64,000 nucleotides of DNA. Origin: Pseudomonadota bacterium (GTDB lineage: Bacteria > Pseudomonadota > Gammaproteobacteria > BMS3Bbin11). Under the pieces are notes generated by a model. It worked only from the letters and a program-made list of their open reading frames with translations. It was not told the origin of the DNA and ran no database searches. Position 1 is the stretch's first letter, and each line of letters begins with the position of its first letter. This document shows positions 8,468-21,153 of this stretch, piece after piece. The stretch lies in assembly GCA_034659075.1 (NCBI GenBank), contig JAYEGM010000222.1, positions 290 to 64,289 on the forward strand, written 5' to 3'. The translations under genes were made by a program, and so were the position numbers.

Positions 8468-10381
8468 TTTATCTTCGTGGATAACGATGTCAGATAATTC
8501 ATACAGGCCACGCTCGTAGTCTGAGAATAAATCCTCGCCTTTACGTTGCTTTATAACTAATCGAATTTGATTACGGATATCCTCTGGGACATCCTGTGGA
8601 TTTCCAGGCAGGATTTTTGTAACCGAAAAGATTACATAGTCGCCATTTGCCAGCTGTACACTTCCTGCCGCCTTGTCATTCGCATCAGCACTGACAGAAG
8701 AACGGAATACCTCACTCAACAATGCCGCCGACAAGCCGGTATTTCCACTACGGGAAAGTTCTTTATGATTGGCTAGCGCTAAGGCTTCTGTTTCAGCAAT
8801 CAGCGCAAGTGTCTTATCTCCTGACTGCAACGTCTTTATTAACTCAGCCACCTCTTTGGCAACCAGTTCATTGCTGCGCTGTTTGAGTAACATTTGCTTT
8901 ATTTCATCAGAGACATCTGCCAGCGGCTTTTGCTGCGGCTCACGATGTTCCAGCAACCTCAAGGCAACAAGAGTATCGTCTGATGTTTCAACTACTTCAC
9001 TGTTCAGCCCTTCAAGCAGCACATCTTCTGTAAATGCAGAATCAACAAAAGGACGCTTTTCAGCTATACCCTGCCCGCCTGCTCGCGAAAACCATTCAGT
9101 GGTCGCTATTTTTAACCCCAGTGCATCTGCTGCAGGCTGTAATGTCGTCGGCTGCTCATAGACGATATTTTGCAATTCCTCTGCCATTTGGCCATAGCGT
9201 AAAGATGCCTCACGAAGTGCGTACTCTTTACTGATTTGATCCCTTACATCATCAAAACTTTTCCCTGACTCTGGTCTGGTATCATTTAATTTAATGATGT
9301 GGATTCCGAAACGGCTTTTCACCGGCCCGGACACCTCACCTTCCTGCATGGCAAAAACCTTTTCATCAAAGGCTGCATCCATTACACCTTTTTCAAAATA
9401 TCCCAGGTCGCCGCCATTTTCGGAACTTATGCTATCGACAGAAAACTTCATTGCCATTTCAGCAAAATCCTGACCATCATTCAGCTGCTTCACAAGATCA
9501 GTTACCACTTCCTCTACGCGTTTAATTTCCTCATCACTGGCATCACTCGCGAGAGCAAGTAATATATGTTGAGCCTTACGCTGCTCAGGCTGTATGTACT
9601 GGTCTTTATTCTCCTGATAATAGGTACGCAAGGCCTCTTCATCAGGCTGTATCTGCTCTGCTATACCCATCAGCGACAAAGAAATGTACTCTACCTGCAC
9701 TTCTTCCTCTGTCATGTACTGCTTTTTATTTGATTCGTAATTCTGCTTAATATCTTCTTCCTGGATTTCAACTTTATCAAGGAAACTATCAGCCGCAAGC
9801 GTCACTGATTTAAAATTTCGCTTTTCCTGCTGCAGACGTAATAAATCATCCAGTTCCGCCTCGCTGCTAATAACTGAACGCGTAAAAGCTTCCTTGATCT
9901 GGCCGACAATATTTCCCATCCTTATCTGGCTTTCAAATGCAGTGGGACTAAGGCCATTGTTACGCACTGCCTGAGAGTACAGTTCAGGTGAAAAGGAGCC
10001 ATTCATCTGGAAAGAGGGGTTGGATCTCAAAAAACTGGCGAGTTGCTGATCACCTATCTGGTAATTCTGTTTCTGTATGTCGGCAGTCACCAGGCGCTGG
10101 GTAATCATTTCATTCAAAACCTGTTGCTTGAAAGCAGCTGATTCGAAAATTTTATTATCAACCTTACCGGCAAACTGCTGCCTCAGAGCGTTTCGCTGTC
10201 GTTGCAGCTGCCTCTGGTAATCCTGGGACACCAATTCACTACCATTTATTTCGGCAACCGGTACTTTTTTCTCTGCATCGAAATATTCATTAATACCCCA
10301 TAAAGCAAAGGGCACGGAGATAAGGATTACGATCACCCAGGCAATCCAGCCCTGGGCCCTTTCACGAATTGTAGTGAGCAT
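8462..10381 (-). CDS. ppiD: Periplasmic chaperone / peptidyl-prolyl isomerase PpiD
   Basis: 639 aa; N-terminal TM anchor MLTTIRERAQGWIAWVIVILISVPFALWG; SurA-like and parvulin regions; conserved position downstream of lon-hupB. Confidence 0.9.
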   Translation of the reverse strand: MLTTIRERAQGWIAWVIVILISVPFALWGINEYFDAEKKVPVAEINGSELVSQDYQRQLQRQRNALRQQFAGKVDNKIFESAAFKQQVLNEMITQRLVTADIQKQNYQIGDQQLASFLRSNPSFQMNGSFSPELYSQAVRNNGLSPTAFESQIRMGNIVGQIKEAFTRSVISSEAELDDLLRLQQEKRNFKSVTLAADSFLDKVEIQEEDIKQNYESNKKQYMTEEEVQVEYISLSLMGIAEQIQPDEEALRTYYQENKDQYIQPEQRKAQHILLALASDASDEEIKRVEEVVTDLVKQLNDGQDFAEMAMKFSVDSISSENGGDLGYFEKGVMDAAFDEKVFAMQEGEVSGPVKSRFGIHIIKLNDTRPESGKSFDDVRDQISKEYALREASLRYGQMAEELQNIVYEQPTTLQPAADALGLKIATTEWFSRAGGQGIAEKRPFVDSAFTEDVLLEGLNSEVVETSDDTLVALRLLEHREPQQKPLADVSDEIKQMLLKQRSNELVAKEVAELIKTLQSGDKTLALIAETEALALANHKELSRSGNTGLSAALLSEVFRSSVSADANDKAAGSVQLANGDYVIFSVTKILPGNPQDVPEDIRNQIRLVIKQRKGEDLFSDYERGLYELSDIVIHEDKL

Positions 10382-10421
10382 GTCTGATTAATTTATATTG
10401 TGATTAGAAAAAAATTAAAAA

Positions 10422-10445
10422 GGGCAAATCCTTCCGGATTTACCC
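10422..10445 (-). terminator. Rho-independent terminator downstream of the tRNA-Val/tRNA-Asp pair
   Basis: On the minus strand GGGUAAAUCC-GGAA-GGAUUUGCCC followed by a U-run (plus-strand A-run 10411-10421). Confidence 0.55.
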
Positions 10446-10455
10446 TGTTTTTTAA

Positions 10456-10532
10456 TGGCGGAGTGGACGGGACTCGAACCCGCGACCACCGGCGTGACAG
10501 GCCGGTATTCTAACCAACTGAACTACCACTCC
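10456..10532 (-). tRNA. tRNA-Asp (anticodon GUC)
   Basis: Reverse complement GGAGTGGTAGTTCAGTTGGTTAGAATACCGGCCTGTCACGCCGGTGGTCGCGGGTTCGAGTCCCGTCCACTCCGCCA; near-identical to E. coli tRNA-Asp; anticodon loop CUGUCAC. Confidence 0.95.
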
Positions 10533-10563
10533 TAAAAGTATCGCTATGCGTTACAAATACATT

Positions 10564-10639
10564 TGGTGGGTGCTGAGGGGATCGAACCCCCGACCCTCGC
10601 CTTGTAAGGGCGATGCTCTCCCAGCTGAGCTAAGCACCC
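10564..10639 (-). tRNA. tRNA-Val (anticodon UAC)
   Basis: Reverse complement GGGTGCTTAGCTCAGCTGGGAGAGCATCGCCCTTACAAGGCGAGGGTCGGGGGTTCGATCCCCTCAGCACCCACCA; anticodon loop CUUACAA. Confidence 0.95.
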
Positions 10640-10648
10640 GAGGGCGCG

Positions 10649-10921
10649 CTAGTTTACTGCATCCTTTAGTGCTTTGCCAGCCTTGAATTTAGGCATTTTA
10701 GAGGCTTTAATCTGGATAGCTTCACCAGTACGAGGGTTGCGTCCTGTACGTGCAGCACGTGCGCTTACAGAAAAAGTACCAAAGCCAACCAGCGTGACTG
10801 TATCCCCTTTTTTCAGGCTGTTTGAAATGCCTTCGAATACTGCGTCAACGGCACGGCCGGCTGCAGCTTTTGAAATATCGGCTGCTTCAGCAACCATATC
10901 TATCATTTCTGATTTATTCAC
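10649..10921 (-). CDS. hupB: DNA-binding protein HU-beta
   Basis: 90 aa [32 protein letters not shown]...[26 protein letters not shown] is canonical HU. Confidence 0.92.
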   Translation of the reverse strand: MNKSEMIDMVAEAADISKAAAGRAVDAVFEGISNSLKKGDTVTLVGFGTFSVSARAARTGRNPRTGEAIQIKASKMPKFKAGKALKDAVN

Positions 10922-11160
10922 TATAATTTCCTCTCTTTCAATTCTAGGTTTGGTGGATTATATTCTTTTCCAGGACGGCTTTGTGTATCCTTTTAATGCC
11001 CATATTTACCACGGCACAGGATTGTAACCATGCTGGGCACTAGTATTCAAGGGGAATCCCGCTGAATGGGGCAGTTTTTATGCGCAAGATAGAAATAATT
11101 GCCGTATTATGACGAAATGTGCAGAAAACCCTCTTTTTAGAGAGTTTTCTACAGCAAATA

Positions 11161-13605
11161 TTAATGCGTAGTCACCCCTTCATCACCGGCTTTCTTGCTG
11201 CTCCGTGTAGCCGTTTTTTTGCTTTTTTCAGCCTTACTGGAGACCTTTTTCTTCAACGGTGTGGGTGCTTTTTCCAGCGCCACCTCCAGCACCTGATCGA
11301 TCCATTTGACGGGACGGATATCAAGTCCTTTCTTTATCACATCAGGCATATCTACCAGATCCTTGGTATTCTCATCAGGGATCACAACAATCTTAATCCC
11401 CCCCCTGTGGGCGGCCAGCAATTTTTCTTTCAATCCGCCAATCGGCAGCACTTCACCTCGTAAGGTGATTTCCCCGGTCATTGCCACATCAGCTCGTACC
11501 GGAATACCTGTCAGCCCGGAGACAATAGCCGTACACATACCGACACCGGCAGAAGGACCATCTTTAGGTGTCGCCCCCTCCGGCACATGCACATGGATAT
11601 CATTTTTCTGATAGAAGTCGGTGGCGATACCCAAAGACTCTGCACGGCTACGTACGACACTCATGGCCGCCTGGATAGATTCCTGCATAACTTCGCCCAG
11701 TTTACCGGTAAACTGCTGCTTGCCACTGCCTTTAAGTACGACGGCCTCGATGGTCAGCAACTCACCGCCAACTTCTGTCCACGCCAGACCTGTTACCTGC
11801 CCGACCTGGTTATGCTCTTCGGCTTCGCCATAACGGAAACGGCGCACACCAAGATATTTTTCCAGCTGCTTTGGCCCCACTACGGCTTTTTTGTGACGCT
11901 TATCCATCAAAAGGTCTTTCGCCACTTTACGTGAGACCTTGGCAATTTCGCGTTCCAGCCCACGGACGCCGGCTTCCCGCGTATAGTAACGCACCATGTC
12001 ACGCAATGCCGTGCGGGAAAGAGAAAGCTCATCATCTTTAAGACCGTTGCTTTCTTTCTGCTTTTTAACCAGATATCTCTCGGCTATCTGAACCTTTTCC
12101 TCTTCCGTATAACCTGCCAGTCGAATCACTTCCATCCGGTCAAGTAAAGGACCCGGTATGTTGAGCGAGTTAGCTGTCGCTATAAACATGGTTTCCGACA
12201 GGTCGTATTCCACTTCCAGATAATGATCGGTGAAAGTACTGTTCTGCTCGGGATCCAGCACTTCCAGTAAAGCGGAAGAAGGGTCACCACGGAAATCCAT
12301 CGACATCTTGTCGACTTCATCGAGCATTAGCAGCGGGTTTTTAGTCTTTACCTTACTCAGGTTCTGAATAATTTTACCCGGCATAGAACCAATATAGGTG
12401 CGTCTGTGTCCGCGAATTTCGGCTTCATCACGCACGCCACCCAGTGACATGCGAATGAACTTCCTGCCAGTCGCCCTGGCGATTGATTTCCCTAGCGAGG
12501 TCTTGCCCACACCTGGAGGACCAACAAGGCAAAGTATCGGGCCTTTAATCTGTTTGACGCGTTGCTGAACCGCCAGATATTCCAGTATGCGTTCTTTAAC
12601 TTTTTCCAGACCATAGTGATCAGCATCAAGGACTTCCTGCGCCTTTCCCAGATCCCTGCGCATCTTCGAGCGCTTCTTCCACGGTACGCTAACCAGCCAG
12701 TCTATGTAGTTCCTCACCACCGTCGCTTCCGCCGACATGGGTGACATCATTTTAAGTTTTTTGAGTTCGCTCTCGGCCTTCTCTTTGGCTTCTTTGGTCA
12801 TCCCTGCTTCAGTAATCTTTTTAGCCAGCTCTTCAAGTTCGTTAGGTGCTTCATCCATGTCACCCAGTTCTTTCTGAATGGCTTTCATCTGTTCATTCAG
12901 GTAGTACTCACGCTGGCTCTTTTCCATTTGCTTCTTGACCCGGCCGCGAATGCGCTTTTCCACCTGCAACAGGTCTATCTCGGCTTCCATCACACCAAGT
13001 ATATGCTCCAGTCGCTCACGCTCGTTGCTGATCTCGAGTATTTGCTGCTTTTCTTCCAGCTTCTGGCTGAGATGCGCTGCAATCGTATCAGCCAGTCTGC
13101 CAGGCTCTTCTATACCAGACAACGAGTTCAACACTTCAGGAGGTATTTTGTTGTTTAATTTGACGTACTGCTCAAAACTCCCCATGACAGTACGCATCAA
13201 TGCATCGGCTTCGTCCTCACTGAGGCCTTCAATTTCAATTTTTTCCGGTACGGCCATGAAGCATTCATCCGTTTCCGTGAACTCAACCACACGCGTGCGA
13301 TCGCCCCCCTCAACCAGGACTTTTACCGTACCATCCGGAAGCTTCAATAACTGCAGAATACTGGCCATAGTACCGATGGTATACAGATCACCTTTTACCG
13401 GATCATCATCCACCGCATCCTTTTGTGCCAGCAGCAGTATCTCTTTACCGCTATCCATTGCACGATCCAGTGCAACGATTGATTTTTCACGGCCCACAAA
13501 TAGAGGAATAACCATATTTGGAAAGACCACAACATCACGCAAAGGCAATACTGCTACGGTTTTATTCTGCGGGCTGGGATGCTGTATGCTTTCGTTTTCG
13601 CTCAT
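11161..13605 (-). CDS. lon: ATP-dependent Lon protease
   Basis: 814 aa; N-terminal [25 protein letters not shown]; Walker [10 protein letters not shown]; protease Ser motif PKDGPSAGV. Confidence 0.97.
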   Translation of the reverse strand: MSENESIQHPSPQNKTVAVLPLRDVVVFPNMVIPLFVGREKSIVALDRAMDSGKEILLLAQKDAVDDDPVKGDLYTIGTMASILQLLKLPDGTVKVLVEGGDRTRVVEFTETDECFMAVPEKIEIEGLSEDEADALMRTVMGSFEQYVKLNNKIPPEVLNSLSGIEEPGRLADTIAAHLSQKLEEKQQILEISNERERLEHILGVMEAEIDLLQVEKRIRGRVKKQMEKSQREYYLNEQMKAIQKELGDMDEAPNELEELAKKITEAGMTKEAKEKAESELKKLKMMSPMSAEATVVRNYIDWLVSVPWKKRSKMRRDLGKAQEVLDADHYGLEKVKERILEYLAVQQRVKQIKGPILCLVGPPGVGKTSLGKSIARATGRKFIRMSLGGVRDEAEIRGHRRTYIGSMPGKIIQNLSKVKTKNPLLMLDEVDKMSMDFRGDPSSALLEVLDPEQNSTFTDHYLEVEYDLSETMFIATANSLNIPGPLLDRMEVIRLAGYTEEEKVQIAERYLVKKQKESNGLKDDELSLSRTALRDMVRYYTREAGVRGLEREIAKVSRKVAKDLLMDKRHKKAVVGPKQLEKYLGVRRFRYGEAEEHNQVGQVTGLAWTEVGGELLTIEAVVLKGSGKQQFTGKLGEVMQESIQAAMSVVRSRAESLGIATDFYQKNDIHVHVPEGATPKDGPSAGVGMCTAIVSGLTGIPVRADVAMTGEITLRGEVLPIGGLKEKLLAAHRGGIKIVVIPDENTKDLVDMPDVIKKGLDIRPVKWIDQVLEVALEKAPTPLKKKVSSKAEKSKKTATRSSKKAGDEGVTTH

Positions 13606-13801
13606 ATTAGATATCGACCTGATTTATGTTATACGTATCGTATGTTATGAATTCGGCCTGCCATTTATGCAGGCTGTGATATGGAAGATAGTGTCTGAAA
13701 AGCAAATATCAAGCATCTAAACACTGAGGTTTAATGCGGAATATTAAAATACTGACGAAGCCTGCTATTCGCTCATGCAGAATAGAGGCGCTCGTCGCAT
13801 G

Positions 13802-15085
13802 TTAATGCGTGGCTGCACTGGCTGAAACAGCTTGTTCGTCTTCGTAGATAAATAGGGGCTGAGTGCCGTCAGTGATTGCATTAGCATCAACGACAACTTC
13901 TCTTACTCCTGTCATGGCAGGTAGTTCGTACATGGTCTCGAGTAAGGCATGTTCAAGGATAGACCGCAGGCCGCGTGCACCAGTTTTTCGTTCCATTGCT
14001 TTTTTGGCTACTGCGCGCAGAGCCTCTTCGCGGATCGTCAGATCCACACCTTCCAGGCTGAAAAGCTTCTTATACTGTTTTACCAGTGCATTTTTGGGCT
14101 CTTTCAGTATACGAATAAGCGCTTCTTCATCCAGTTCTTCCAGCGTAGCGACAATAGGCAGACGCCCGACAAATTCTGGAATCAAACCATAGTGCACAAG
14201 ATCTTCTGGCTCGATACCCTTGAGAACTTCTCCTATCTTGCTCTCTTCATCCTTGCCCTTGATGGTTGCACCAAAACCAATACCGCTTTTTTCCGAGCGA
14301 TCCCGAATTATTTTGTCCAGGCCGGCAAATGCACCACCAACGATAAATAGAATATTCCGTGTATCGACCTGCAGGAATTCCTGCTGCGGGTGTTTTCTAC
14401 CCCCCTGAGGCGGCACCGAGGCAATCGTACCTTCAATCAGTTTCAACAGCGCCTGCTGTACGCCTTCACCAGAAACGTCGCGGGTGATCGATGGATTGTC
14501 CGATTTGCGTGAAATTTTGTCGATTTCATCAATATAAACGATACCCCGCTGAGCAAGTTCTATTTCATAGTCACATTTCTGCAGCAGTTTCTGAATGATA
14601 TTCTCTACATCTTCCCCGACATAACCCGCCTCGGTCAGGGTCGTCGCATCAGCAATGGTAAATGGTACATTCAGTAATTTTGCCAGAGTTTCAGCTAATA
14701 GTGTTTTACCTGACCCCGTAGGACCAACAAACAGGATATTGCTCTTGGCAATATCGACCTCATCGGCATCATCTTCATGTTTGATACGTTTATAGTGATT
14801 GTAGACCGCAACAGAGAGGATTTTCTTGGCTTCCTGCTGGCCGATGACATAGTTGTCCAGACGCTCCTTGATCTCGTGCGGCTTGAGGAACCCTTCGCCT
14901 TCGGTCTCCTCTTTCAGATCGACATCAATTTCTTCGCGAATGATCTCATTGCAAAGTTCGACGCATTCATCGCAGACGTAGACTGACGGACCGGCAATCA
15001 GCTTACGAACTTCATGCTGGGATTTTCCGCAAAAAGAACAATAAAGCAGCTTTTCGTCATTATTATCTTTTTCGTCGTCTGACAT
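13802..15085 (-). CDS. clpX: ATP-dependent Clp protease ATP-binding subunit ClpX
   Basis: Zinc-finger [14 protein letters not shown]...CDEC; Walker A GPTGSGKT; start set at the ATG giving MSDDEK (RBS gagagag upstream) rather than the GTG of the ORF track. Confidence 0.96.
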   Translation of the reverse strand: MSDDEKDNNDEKLLYCSFCGKSQHEVRKLIAGPSVYVCDECVELCNEIIREEIDVDLKEETEGEGFLKPHEIKERLDNYVIGQQEAKKILSVAVYNHYKRIKHEDDADEVDIAKSNILFVGPTGSGKTLLAETLAKLLNVPFTIADATTLTEAGYVGEDVENIIQKLLQKCDYEIELAQRGIVYIDEIDKISRKSDNPSITRDVSGEGVQQALLKLIEGTIASVPPQGGRKHPQQEFLQVDTRNILFIVGGAFAGLDKIIRDRSEKSGIGFGATIKGKDEESKIGEVLKGIEPEDLVHYGLIPEFVGRLPIVATLEELDEEALIRILKEPKNALVKQYKKLFSLEGVDLTIREEALRAVAKKAMERKTGARGLRSILEHALLETMYELPAMTGVREVVVDANAITDGTQPLFIYEDEQAVSASAATH

Positions 15086-15171
15086 TAAATGCACTCTCTC
15101 TAAGTATAGTCAGAAACTTATCAGGTATATGACACTATTGGCAAGCCCAATAGACTGACAGCTCTAGTGGT

Positions 15172-15804
15172 TTATCCAGGTTCGCTTCTGTCTGTAATGA
15201 CTTTGTCGATAAGCCCGTATTTCATAGACTCTTCTGCTTCCAGGAATCGATCTCGTTCTGTATCGGCCTCAATGGTGGAAAGATCCTGACCGGTGTGCTT
15301 CTGTAAAATTTGATTAAGGCGCTCCCGCACACGGAGAATTTCGCGGGCATGTATTTCAATATCGCTGGCCTGGCCCTGGAACCCGCCCAGCGGCTGATGA
15401 ATCATCACCCTGGAATGCGGCAGGCAATACCGCTTACCGGCAGCACCGCCAGCCAGTATGAGTGCACCCATACTGGCAGCCTGGCCCATACATACTGTAC
15501 TGACATCAGGCTTGATAAACTGCATGGTATCGTAGATGGCCATACCTGCAGTCACTGCACCACCGGGAGAATTTACATACAGGTGTATGTCTTTATCCGG
15601 GTTCTCTGATTCTAAATAAAGCATCTGTGCCACAATAAGGTTAGCCATGTGGTCCTCTACCTGGCCGACCATAAAGATCACGCGCTCTTTCAGCAATCGA
15701 GAATAAATATCGAATGCACGCTCGCCTCTACCCGTGGTCTCGATGACCATAGGTACCAGACCGAGTGCCTGTGGATCTATCCTGTCATTGCTGATTTCTG
15801 TCAT
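15172..15804 (-). CDS. clpP: ATP-dependent Clp protease proteolytic subunit ClpP
   Basis: 210 aa; catalytic Ser context [11 protein letters not shown] and conserved flanks; tig-clpP-clpX-lon synteny. Confidence 0.97.
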   Translation of the reverse strand: MTEISNDRIDPQALGLVPMVIETTGRGERAFDIYSRLLKERVIFMVGQVEDHMANLIVAQMLYLESENPDKDIHLYVNSPGGAVTAGMAIYDTMQFIKPDVSTVCMGQAASMGALILAGGAAGKRYCLPHSRVMIHQPLGGFQGQASDIEIHAREILRVRERLNQILQKHTGQDLSTIEADTERDRFLEAEESMKYGLIDKVITDRSEPG

Positions 15805-15806
15805 AG

Positions 15807-17120
15807 CTACTCCTGTTTGCCAGCCTCAATTGCGGCCGGATTTACCAGCTCCTGAAAGCTGACCGCCTTATCTTTAATTTCAGCATCTTTCAGCAATTTG
15901 TCAACAACCATGCTTTCCAGAACCTGGGCTTCAATTTCTGACAGGCGCTTGCGGTCTGATTTATACCATTCCACGAATGACGCGGGGTCTTCATAGCTTT
16001 CTGCAAGTTTATGCAAGCGCTCTTCGACTGCTTTGGCCTCTGGCTGCATTTTCTCGTTTTCAGTAATCTCAGCAAGGATCAGACCCAGTGCCACACGACG
16101 CTCAGCAAGTTTGCCATACATGGCCAGCATTTTTTCATCTTTTTTTACGTCTGGCTGCTCTTTCTCGGCAGTCTCAATGAGCATATCCTTTTCCTGCCTG
16201 ACCAGAACCTGCGGCAAATCGATTTCATTGCTTTCCAGGACGGCCTGGAAAACCGTGTCCCGCGTCATGATCGCCAGACGGTCTTCAGCCTCTCGTGAGA
16301 GATTCTCTTTGATTTCCTCTCGAAATTTTTCCATGCCACCTTCCTTTACACCAAAGGCTTCTGCAAGTTCTTCGTCGATTTCAGGCAGTTCTTCTTCAGC
16401 AACCTCAGTCGCCTTTACTTCAAATACAGCCTCTTTCCCAGCCAGATCTTCTGCATGGTAATCATCCGGGAAAGAAACGGTTAATGTTCTTTCCTCACCT
16501 TCTTTTATACCGACCAACTGATCTTCAAAGCCAGGGATCAGAGAGCCGGAGCCAATCACTACAGGCATTTCCTTGCCTTCACCGCCGGCGAAAGGGGTGC
16601 CGTCTACACTGCCGGTAAAATCCAGTGTGACTCGGTAGCCTTCTTTTGCCTCGCCATCCGTTTTATTCCAGTTCATACGCTGACGACGTAAAGATTCCAG
16701 CGTTGTATCAATATCCTGATCAGATATTTCACAAACAGTACGTTCTATTTTAAGCGCTGTCAGAACCAGTTCTTTCAGATCAGGGAAAACCTCAAAGGTA
16801 GCAGTGTATTCAAGGTCCTTGCCTTCACCACCGGCCGAGGTTTCTATACTGGGCGGGCCTGCAGGCCGAATTTCCTCCTGTCCCAGCGCCTCCTGATAAG
16901 AAGACTGGATCAAATCTCCGATGACATCCTGCATAACCTGCCCGAGATAGCGTGATCTCATTATTTTCATCGGGATCTTTCCCGGGCGAAAACCCGGTAC
17001 TTTTACCTGTTTAGACAGTCGCTGCAACTGTCTGCTTATTTCGCTATCCACGCGTTCAGCGGGAACTGAAATAGTCATTTTTCTTTCAATATTACCCGAC
17101 TGCTCTAGGCTTATTTGCAT
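15807..17120 (-). CDS. tig: Trigger factor
   Basis: 437 aa [28 protein letters not shown]...; FKBP-like middle domain; position upstream of clpP. Confidence 0.95.
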   Translation of the reverse strand: MQISLEQSGNIERKMTISVPAERVDSEISRQLQRLSKQVKVPGFRPGKIPMKIMRSRYLGQVMQDVIGDLIQSSYQEALGQEEIRPAGPPSIETSAGGEGKDLEYTATFEVFPDLKELVLTALKIERTVCEISDQDIDTTLESLRRQRMNWNKTDGEAKEGYRVTLDFTGSVDGTPFAGGEGKEMPVVIGSGSLIPGFEDQLVGIKEGEERTLTVSFPDDYHAEDLAGKEAVFEVKATEVAEEELPEIDEELAEAFGVKEGGMEKFREEIKENLSREAEDRLAIMTRDTVFQAVLESNEIDLPQVLVRQEKDMLIETAEKEQPDVKKDEKMLAMYGKLAERRVALGLILAEITENEKMQPEAKAVEERLHKLAESYEDPASFVEWYKSDRKRLSEIEAQVLESMVVDKLLKDAEIKDKAVSFQELVNPAAIEAGKQE

Positions 17121-17150
17121 TTTAATATTCTCACTGGTTACTCAATATCT

Positions 17151-17235
<85 letters not shown>

Positions 17236-17356
17236 TGGTATCACGAACATTCCTGGCAAATAAGCGTTATTTGGCAGAAAATGTTACAGAACCGCGTGAT
17301 TCTAGCGTAATACAGAATTAATTCAATCTACATTGATCATCACACGGCATGAATTA

Positions 17357-18307
17357 TTATTTTTCACTGCGTCGTGATAGCCAGACTTCCAGCCCCTGCA
17401 CAATGATACCGAGATCCAGATCAAGAACCTGAGCCAGCCGATCACTGCCCAGCTGACAACCGTGTTTTTTCAGTTCCTGATAAATATATCGTTCAACCGC
17501 CGGTGCCAGCGCCCTGTCAGAATCATCACAGTCAGTCGCCAGGGTAGCCAGCTCATCGATCATTCGATGCAGGGTGTTTACATAGAGAACGGGTTCATCA
17601 AGCTGGCCGAAATGCGTTAAATACATACGCTCCGGTTGCCATGCCATCAACCGGTCAATCGAAGCATGCCAGGCGGGCGGGTCAAACTGTACCGGGGTAG
17701 TCGGTGGAAAAATGAAAGCACGCCCGTCACAAGCAAGCTCGGGATAGGCGATGCCAAAAGTGTCACCCGTAAAAAAACCCCTGCTCTGCTCATCCCATAC
17801 ACAGAAATGGTGCCGGGCATGGCCCGGCGTATCGAGGACCAGTAATTCTCTTGCACCAACTCGGAAACGGTAGGAGTCAGCCGCTTCAATGACACGGCTT
17901 TCATCAACGGGAAATATTTCCCCAACGCTATCGCGTAAACCCTGCTTGCCGTAAACAGCTTCAGCACCGGCTATCAGGCGAGCAGGATCAATCATATGCC
18001 GGCTGCCAAAGGGGTGAATGACCAACCTGGCATGCTGGCAAAGCTGCATCAGTTTTCCCGCCCCGCCTGCATGATCAAGATGTACATGGGTAGGAACGAT
18101 GAAGTCTACATTATTGAACGTTAAGCCCTGCTCTGCGAGCACAACTTTCACACGATCACTAGTTCGTTCTACCCCTGTATCAATAACCGCCACACGGCTG
18201 TCATCAATGAGCAGGTAACAGGCCGCCAGTCCGGTTCGTAAGTAACCGCTATCAATCTGTATAATATGATGATCAAGTAATTTGCTGAAGGAGGCCATAT
18301 AAGTCAC
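17357..18307 (-). CDS. MBL-fold metallo-hydrolase
   Basis: 316 aa with THVHLDHAGG (HxHxDH) metallo-beta-lactamase fold motif. Confidence 0.8.
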   Translation of the reverse strand: MTYMASFSKLLDHHIIQIDSGYLRTGLAACYLLIDDSRVAVIDTGVERTSDRVKVVLAEQGLTFNNVDFIVPTHVHLDHAGGAGKLMQLCQHARLVIHPFGSRHMIDPARLIAGAEAVYGKQGLRDSVGEIFPVDESRVIEAADSYRFRVGARELLVLDTPGHARHHFCVWDEQSRGFFTGDTFGIAYPELACDGRAFIFPPTTPVQFDPPAWHASIDRLMAWQPERMYLTHFGQLDEPVLYVNTLHRMIDELATLATDCDDSDRALAPAVERYIYQELKKHGCQLGSDRLAQVLDLDLGIIVQGLEVWLSRRSEK

Positions 18308-18437
18308 CCCTGTTATTCGAGATATCAGTATCTTACATGTTTTTTATTTTAGCTACAGATGCTATTACTAGATAATTACTGAAAATAACCTATATTTCAG
18401 GCATAGGACACTCATAACATATCCCCTGTACAAAATA

Positions 18438-18932
18438 ATGGCAAAAGATACGGATAATCAGGTATACCGCGTAGTCATGGACGGTTATTTTCTTGCTGAT
18501 ACCAGCAAGACACAGGTGATTCGAAAATTGAGAAGGCTGTTTGGTATCACTGAAGAAAAAATGTTGAATATGTTTGATGGCCAGCCAACCATTATCAAAA
18601 GCCAGCTTCCCAAGCATAAGGCCTATCAATACCTCAGAACGATTACCAATGCAGGCGCCGCCTGCCACATCGACAGGCTGCACCTGACCGGCCCGGAAGA
18701 AACAACGCAGCTTCCTGTTCATATTGAAAGATTCAACGATATAGATAGCTTCGACCCTCTGGACAAAATAAAAAGGCGCATCCAGGACAGAAACGATTTC
18801 AGTGAAGTTATGCGACTGGAACTGATGGAAATGGATCAGGTGCGCAAAAAAAGCGATCTGATTATTACCACCCTGTTCATTTCACTGTTTCTCATTCTTA
18901 TTGCCGCAGTTATTTTTCTTTTCCTGTTTTAG
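18438..18932 (+). CDS. Hypothetical protein with C-terminal transmembrane anchor
   Basis: 164 aa ORF; hydrophobic C-terminus LIITTLFISLFLILIAAVIFLFLF; no family recognised. Confidence 0.45.
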   Translation: MAKDTDNQVYRVVMDGYFLADTSKTQVIRKLRRLFGITEEKMLNMFDGQPTIIKSQLPKHKAYQYLRTITNAGAACHIDRLHLTGPEETTQLPVHIERFNDIDSFDPLDKIKRRIQDRNDFSEVMRLELMEMDQVRKKSDLIITTLFISLFLILIAAVIFLFLF

Positions 18933-19040
18933 GGTATTCCTGCAGATCAAGGACGCCCTGGATAGTTTCAAATTCTCAATACTATTAGCCTGTTTCTGCT
19001 GTATAATCCCCGCCCTTTCTCTCCCTACCGGACTTAGAAC

Positions 19041-20867
19041 GTGTCTCGCAAACTTAGAAATATCGCTATCATCGCCCATGTCGATCATGGCAAAACAACT
19101 CTCGTTGATGCTCTGCTTGAACAATCTGGCACCTTCGGTGAGCGTGAACAGGCACCCGAACGAGCCATGGACTCCAATGATCTTGAGCGTGAGCGTGGAA
19201 TTACCATCCTCGCAAAAAACACCTCAGTCAGCTGGAAGGGCCACACAATAAACATCGTCGACACCCCCGGCCATGCCGATTTCGGTGGTGAAGTAGAACG
19301 CGTACTATCAATGGTCGATTCAGTCCTGCTGCTGGTCGATGCCGTGGAAGGCCCGATGCCGCAAACCCGCTTCGTCACTCAGAAAGCCTTTAACATGGGC
19401 TTCAAACCGATTGTCGTGATTAATAAAATTGACCGCGATGGCTCGCGTCCCGACTGGGTCATGGACCAGACATTCGATTTGTTCGACCGTCTCGGCGGCA
19501 CTGATGAACAACTTGATTTCCCGGTCGTTTATGCCTCAGCCATCAATGGTTATGCTACGATCGATCCGGATGTTAAAACTGACAACATGGATGCCCTGTT
19601 TGACATGATTATCGAGCATGTCAGTGCGCCAGATGTCGATGTCAACGGTCCGATGCAGTTGCAGGTATCCGCACTGGATTACGATTCCTTCAAAGGTATT
19701 ATCGGTATCGGCCGCGTTTCTCGAGGCAAGTTAACCCCCAATACCCCAGTAAAAGTCATCGATATCGACGGTAAAGTAAGAAACGGACGTATCCTGCAAT
19801 TAATGGGCCTGCATGGACTGCAGCGCACAGAAATAGAAGAAGCCGAAGCAGGTGACATCATCGCCTTCAGCGGCATGGATGAATTGCATATCTCTGATAC
19901 GCTCTGTGATCCGGACAATGTTGAGGCACTCACGCCTCTTTCGGTTGATGAGCCAACAGTAAGCATGTTTTTCCAGGTAAATAATTCCCCATTTGCCGGT
20001 AAAGAAGGTAAATATGTGACTTCCCGCCAGATTCGTGACCGCCTGCAGAAAGAATTACTGCATAATGTTGCCTTACGCGTAGAAGATACCCCGGATCCTG
20101 ATAAATTCCGTGTATCCGGTCGCGGTGAGCTGCATCTTTCAATTCTCATTGAAAACATGCGCCGCGAAGGCTTTGAACTTGGCGTCTCTCGACCTGTAGT
20201 TATCATCCGTGAAGTCGATGGCGAACAGCAAGAGCCCTATGAAATGCTGACGGTCGATGTAGAAACAGACCACCAGGGTACCATTATGGAAAAACTCGGT
20301 GAACGCAAAGGTGAACTGGCTGACATGCAGCCGGATGGGCGTGGCCGCGTCCGGCTGGACTACATGATTCCTGCCCGTGGGCTGATCGGTTTCCGTACTG
20401 AATTTCTGACCGCCACCCAGGGCACTGGACTGATGCACCATGTGTTTGATCATTATGGCAAGGTTAAACCCGGCGAAGTTGGTCAACGCATGAACGGTGT
20501 ATTGATCGCCAATGGGTCGGGTAAATGCCTCGGTTTTTCTCTGTTCAATCTACAGGAACGGGGTCGTCTGTTTCTCGGTCCCGGTGCGGAGGTTTACGAA
20601 GGCAGTATTATTGGCATTCACTCTCGCTCAAACGACCTCGTTGTCAACCCACTCAAAGGCAAGCAACTGACCAACGTCCGTGCCTCGGGCACCGATGAAG
20701 CTATTGATCTGGTTCCACCGATTAAATTCACCCTGGAACAGGCACTGGAATTCATCAATGATGATGAACTGGTTGAAGTGACACCGGAAAGCATACGTAT
20801 CCGTAAAAAACTACTGCTGGAGCATGAACGCAAGAAAGCCTCGCGGGTGCCGAAATCTGAAAGATAA
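19041..20867 (+). CDS. typA: Translational GTPase TypA/BipA
   Basis: 608 aa; [39 protein letters not shown]-motifs and the BipA-specific C-terminal domain. Confidence 0.95.
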   Translation: MSRKLRNIAIIAHVDHGKTTLVDALLEQSGTFGEREQAPERAMDSNDLERERGITILAKNTSVSWKGHTINIVDTPGHADFGGEVERVLSMVDSVLLLVDAVEGPMPQTRFVTQKAFNMGFKPIVVINKIDRDGSRPDWVMDQTFDLFDRLGGTDEQLDFPVVYASAINGYATIDPDVKTDNMDALFDMIIEHVSAPDVDVNGPMQLQVSALDYDSFKGIIGIGRVSRGKLTPNTPVKVIDIDGKVRNGRILQLMGLHGLQRTEIEEAEAGDIIAFSGMDELHISDTLCDPDNVEALTPLSVDEPTVSMFFQVNNSPFAGKEGKYVTSRQIRDRLQKELLHNVALRVEDTPDPDKFRVSGRGELHLSILIENMRREGFELGVSRPVVIIREVDGEQQEPYEMLTVDVETDHQGTIMEKLGERKGELADMQPDGRGRVRLDYMIPARGLIGFRTEFLTATQGTGLMHHVFDHYGKVKPGEVGQRMNGVLIANGSGKCLGFSLFNLQERGRLFLGPGAEVYEGSIIGIHSRSNDLVVNPLKGKQLTNVRASGTDEAIDLVPPIKFTLEQALEFINDDELVEVTPESIRIRKKLLLEHERKKASRVPKSER

Positions 20868-20870
20868 AAC

Positions 20871-20920
20871 TTCTCTGTTAACCACAGAGGGCAGAGGGGT
20901 ACACAGAGAGAACCTTTTTT
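20871..20920 (+). terminator. Candidate intrinsic terminator of typA
   Basis: ttctctgt ... acagagagaa stem with nested ctctgt/acagag hairpin, followed by T6. Confidence 0.45.
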
Positions 20921-21153
20921 GAATTAATCCGTCATTGCGAGCACAGCGCGGCAATCTCTTTGTTTTGCTGCAGCCGTTTTGAGATTGCTTCGTCACTATG
21001 TTCCTCGTGATGACGAACCGAAGTCACTAGAATGTTTACATGATTCAGTTTTGCATTGGTGCAGACACAAGAAAAAATATCATAAAGGAACCTCTGTGAC
21101 CTCCGTGTCCTCTGTGGTGAAATAGCCTTTAGCCTTTAAATAGGAACTCCCCA

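Noticed and set aside
12935-13720. 261-aa plus-strand ORF (Ser/Ile/Cys-rich) lying entirely antisense within lon
   Set aside because: Low-complexity, composition-driven ORF opposite a highly conserved gene; no RBS or family signal.
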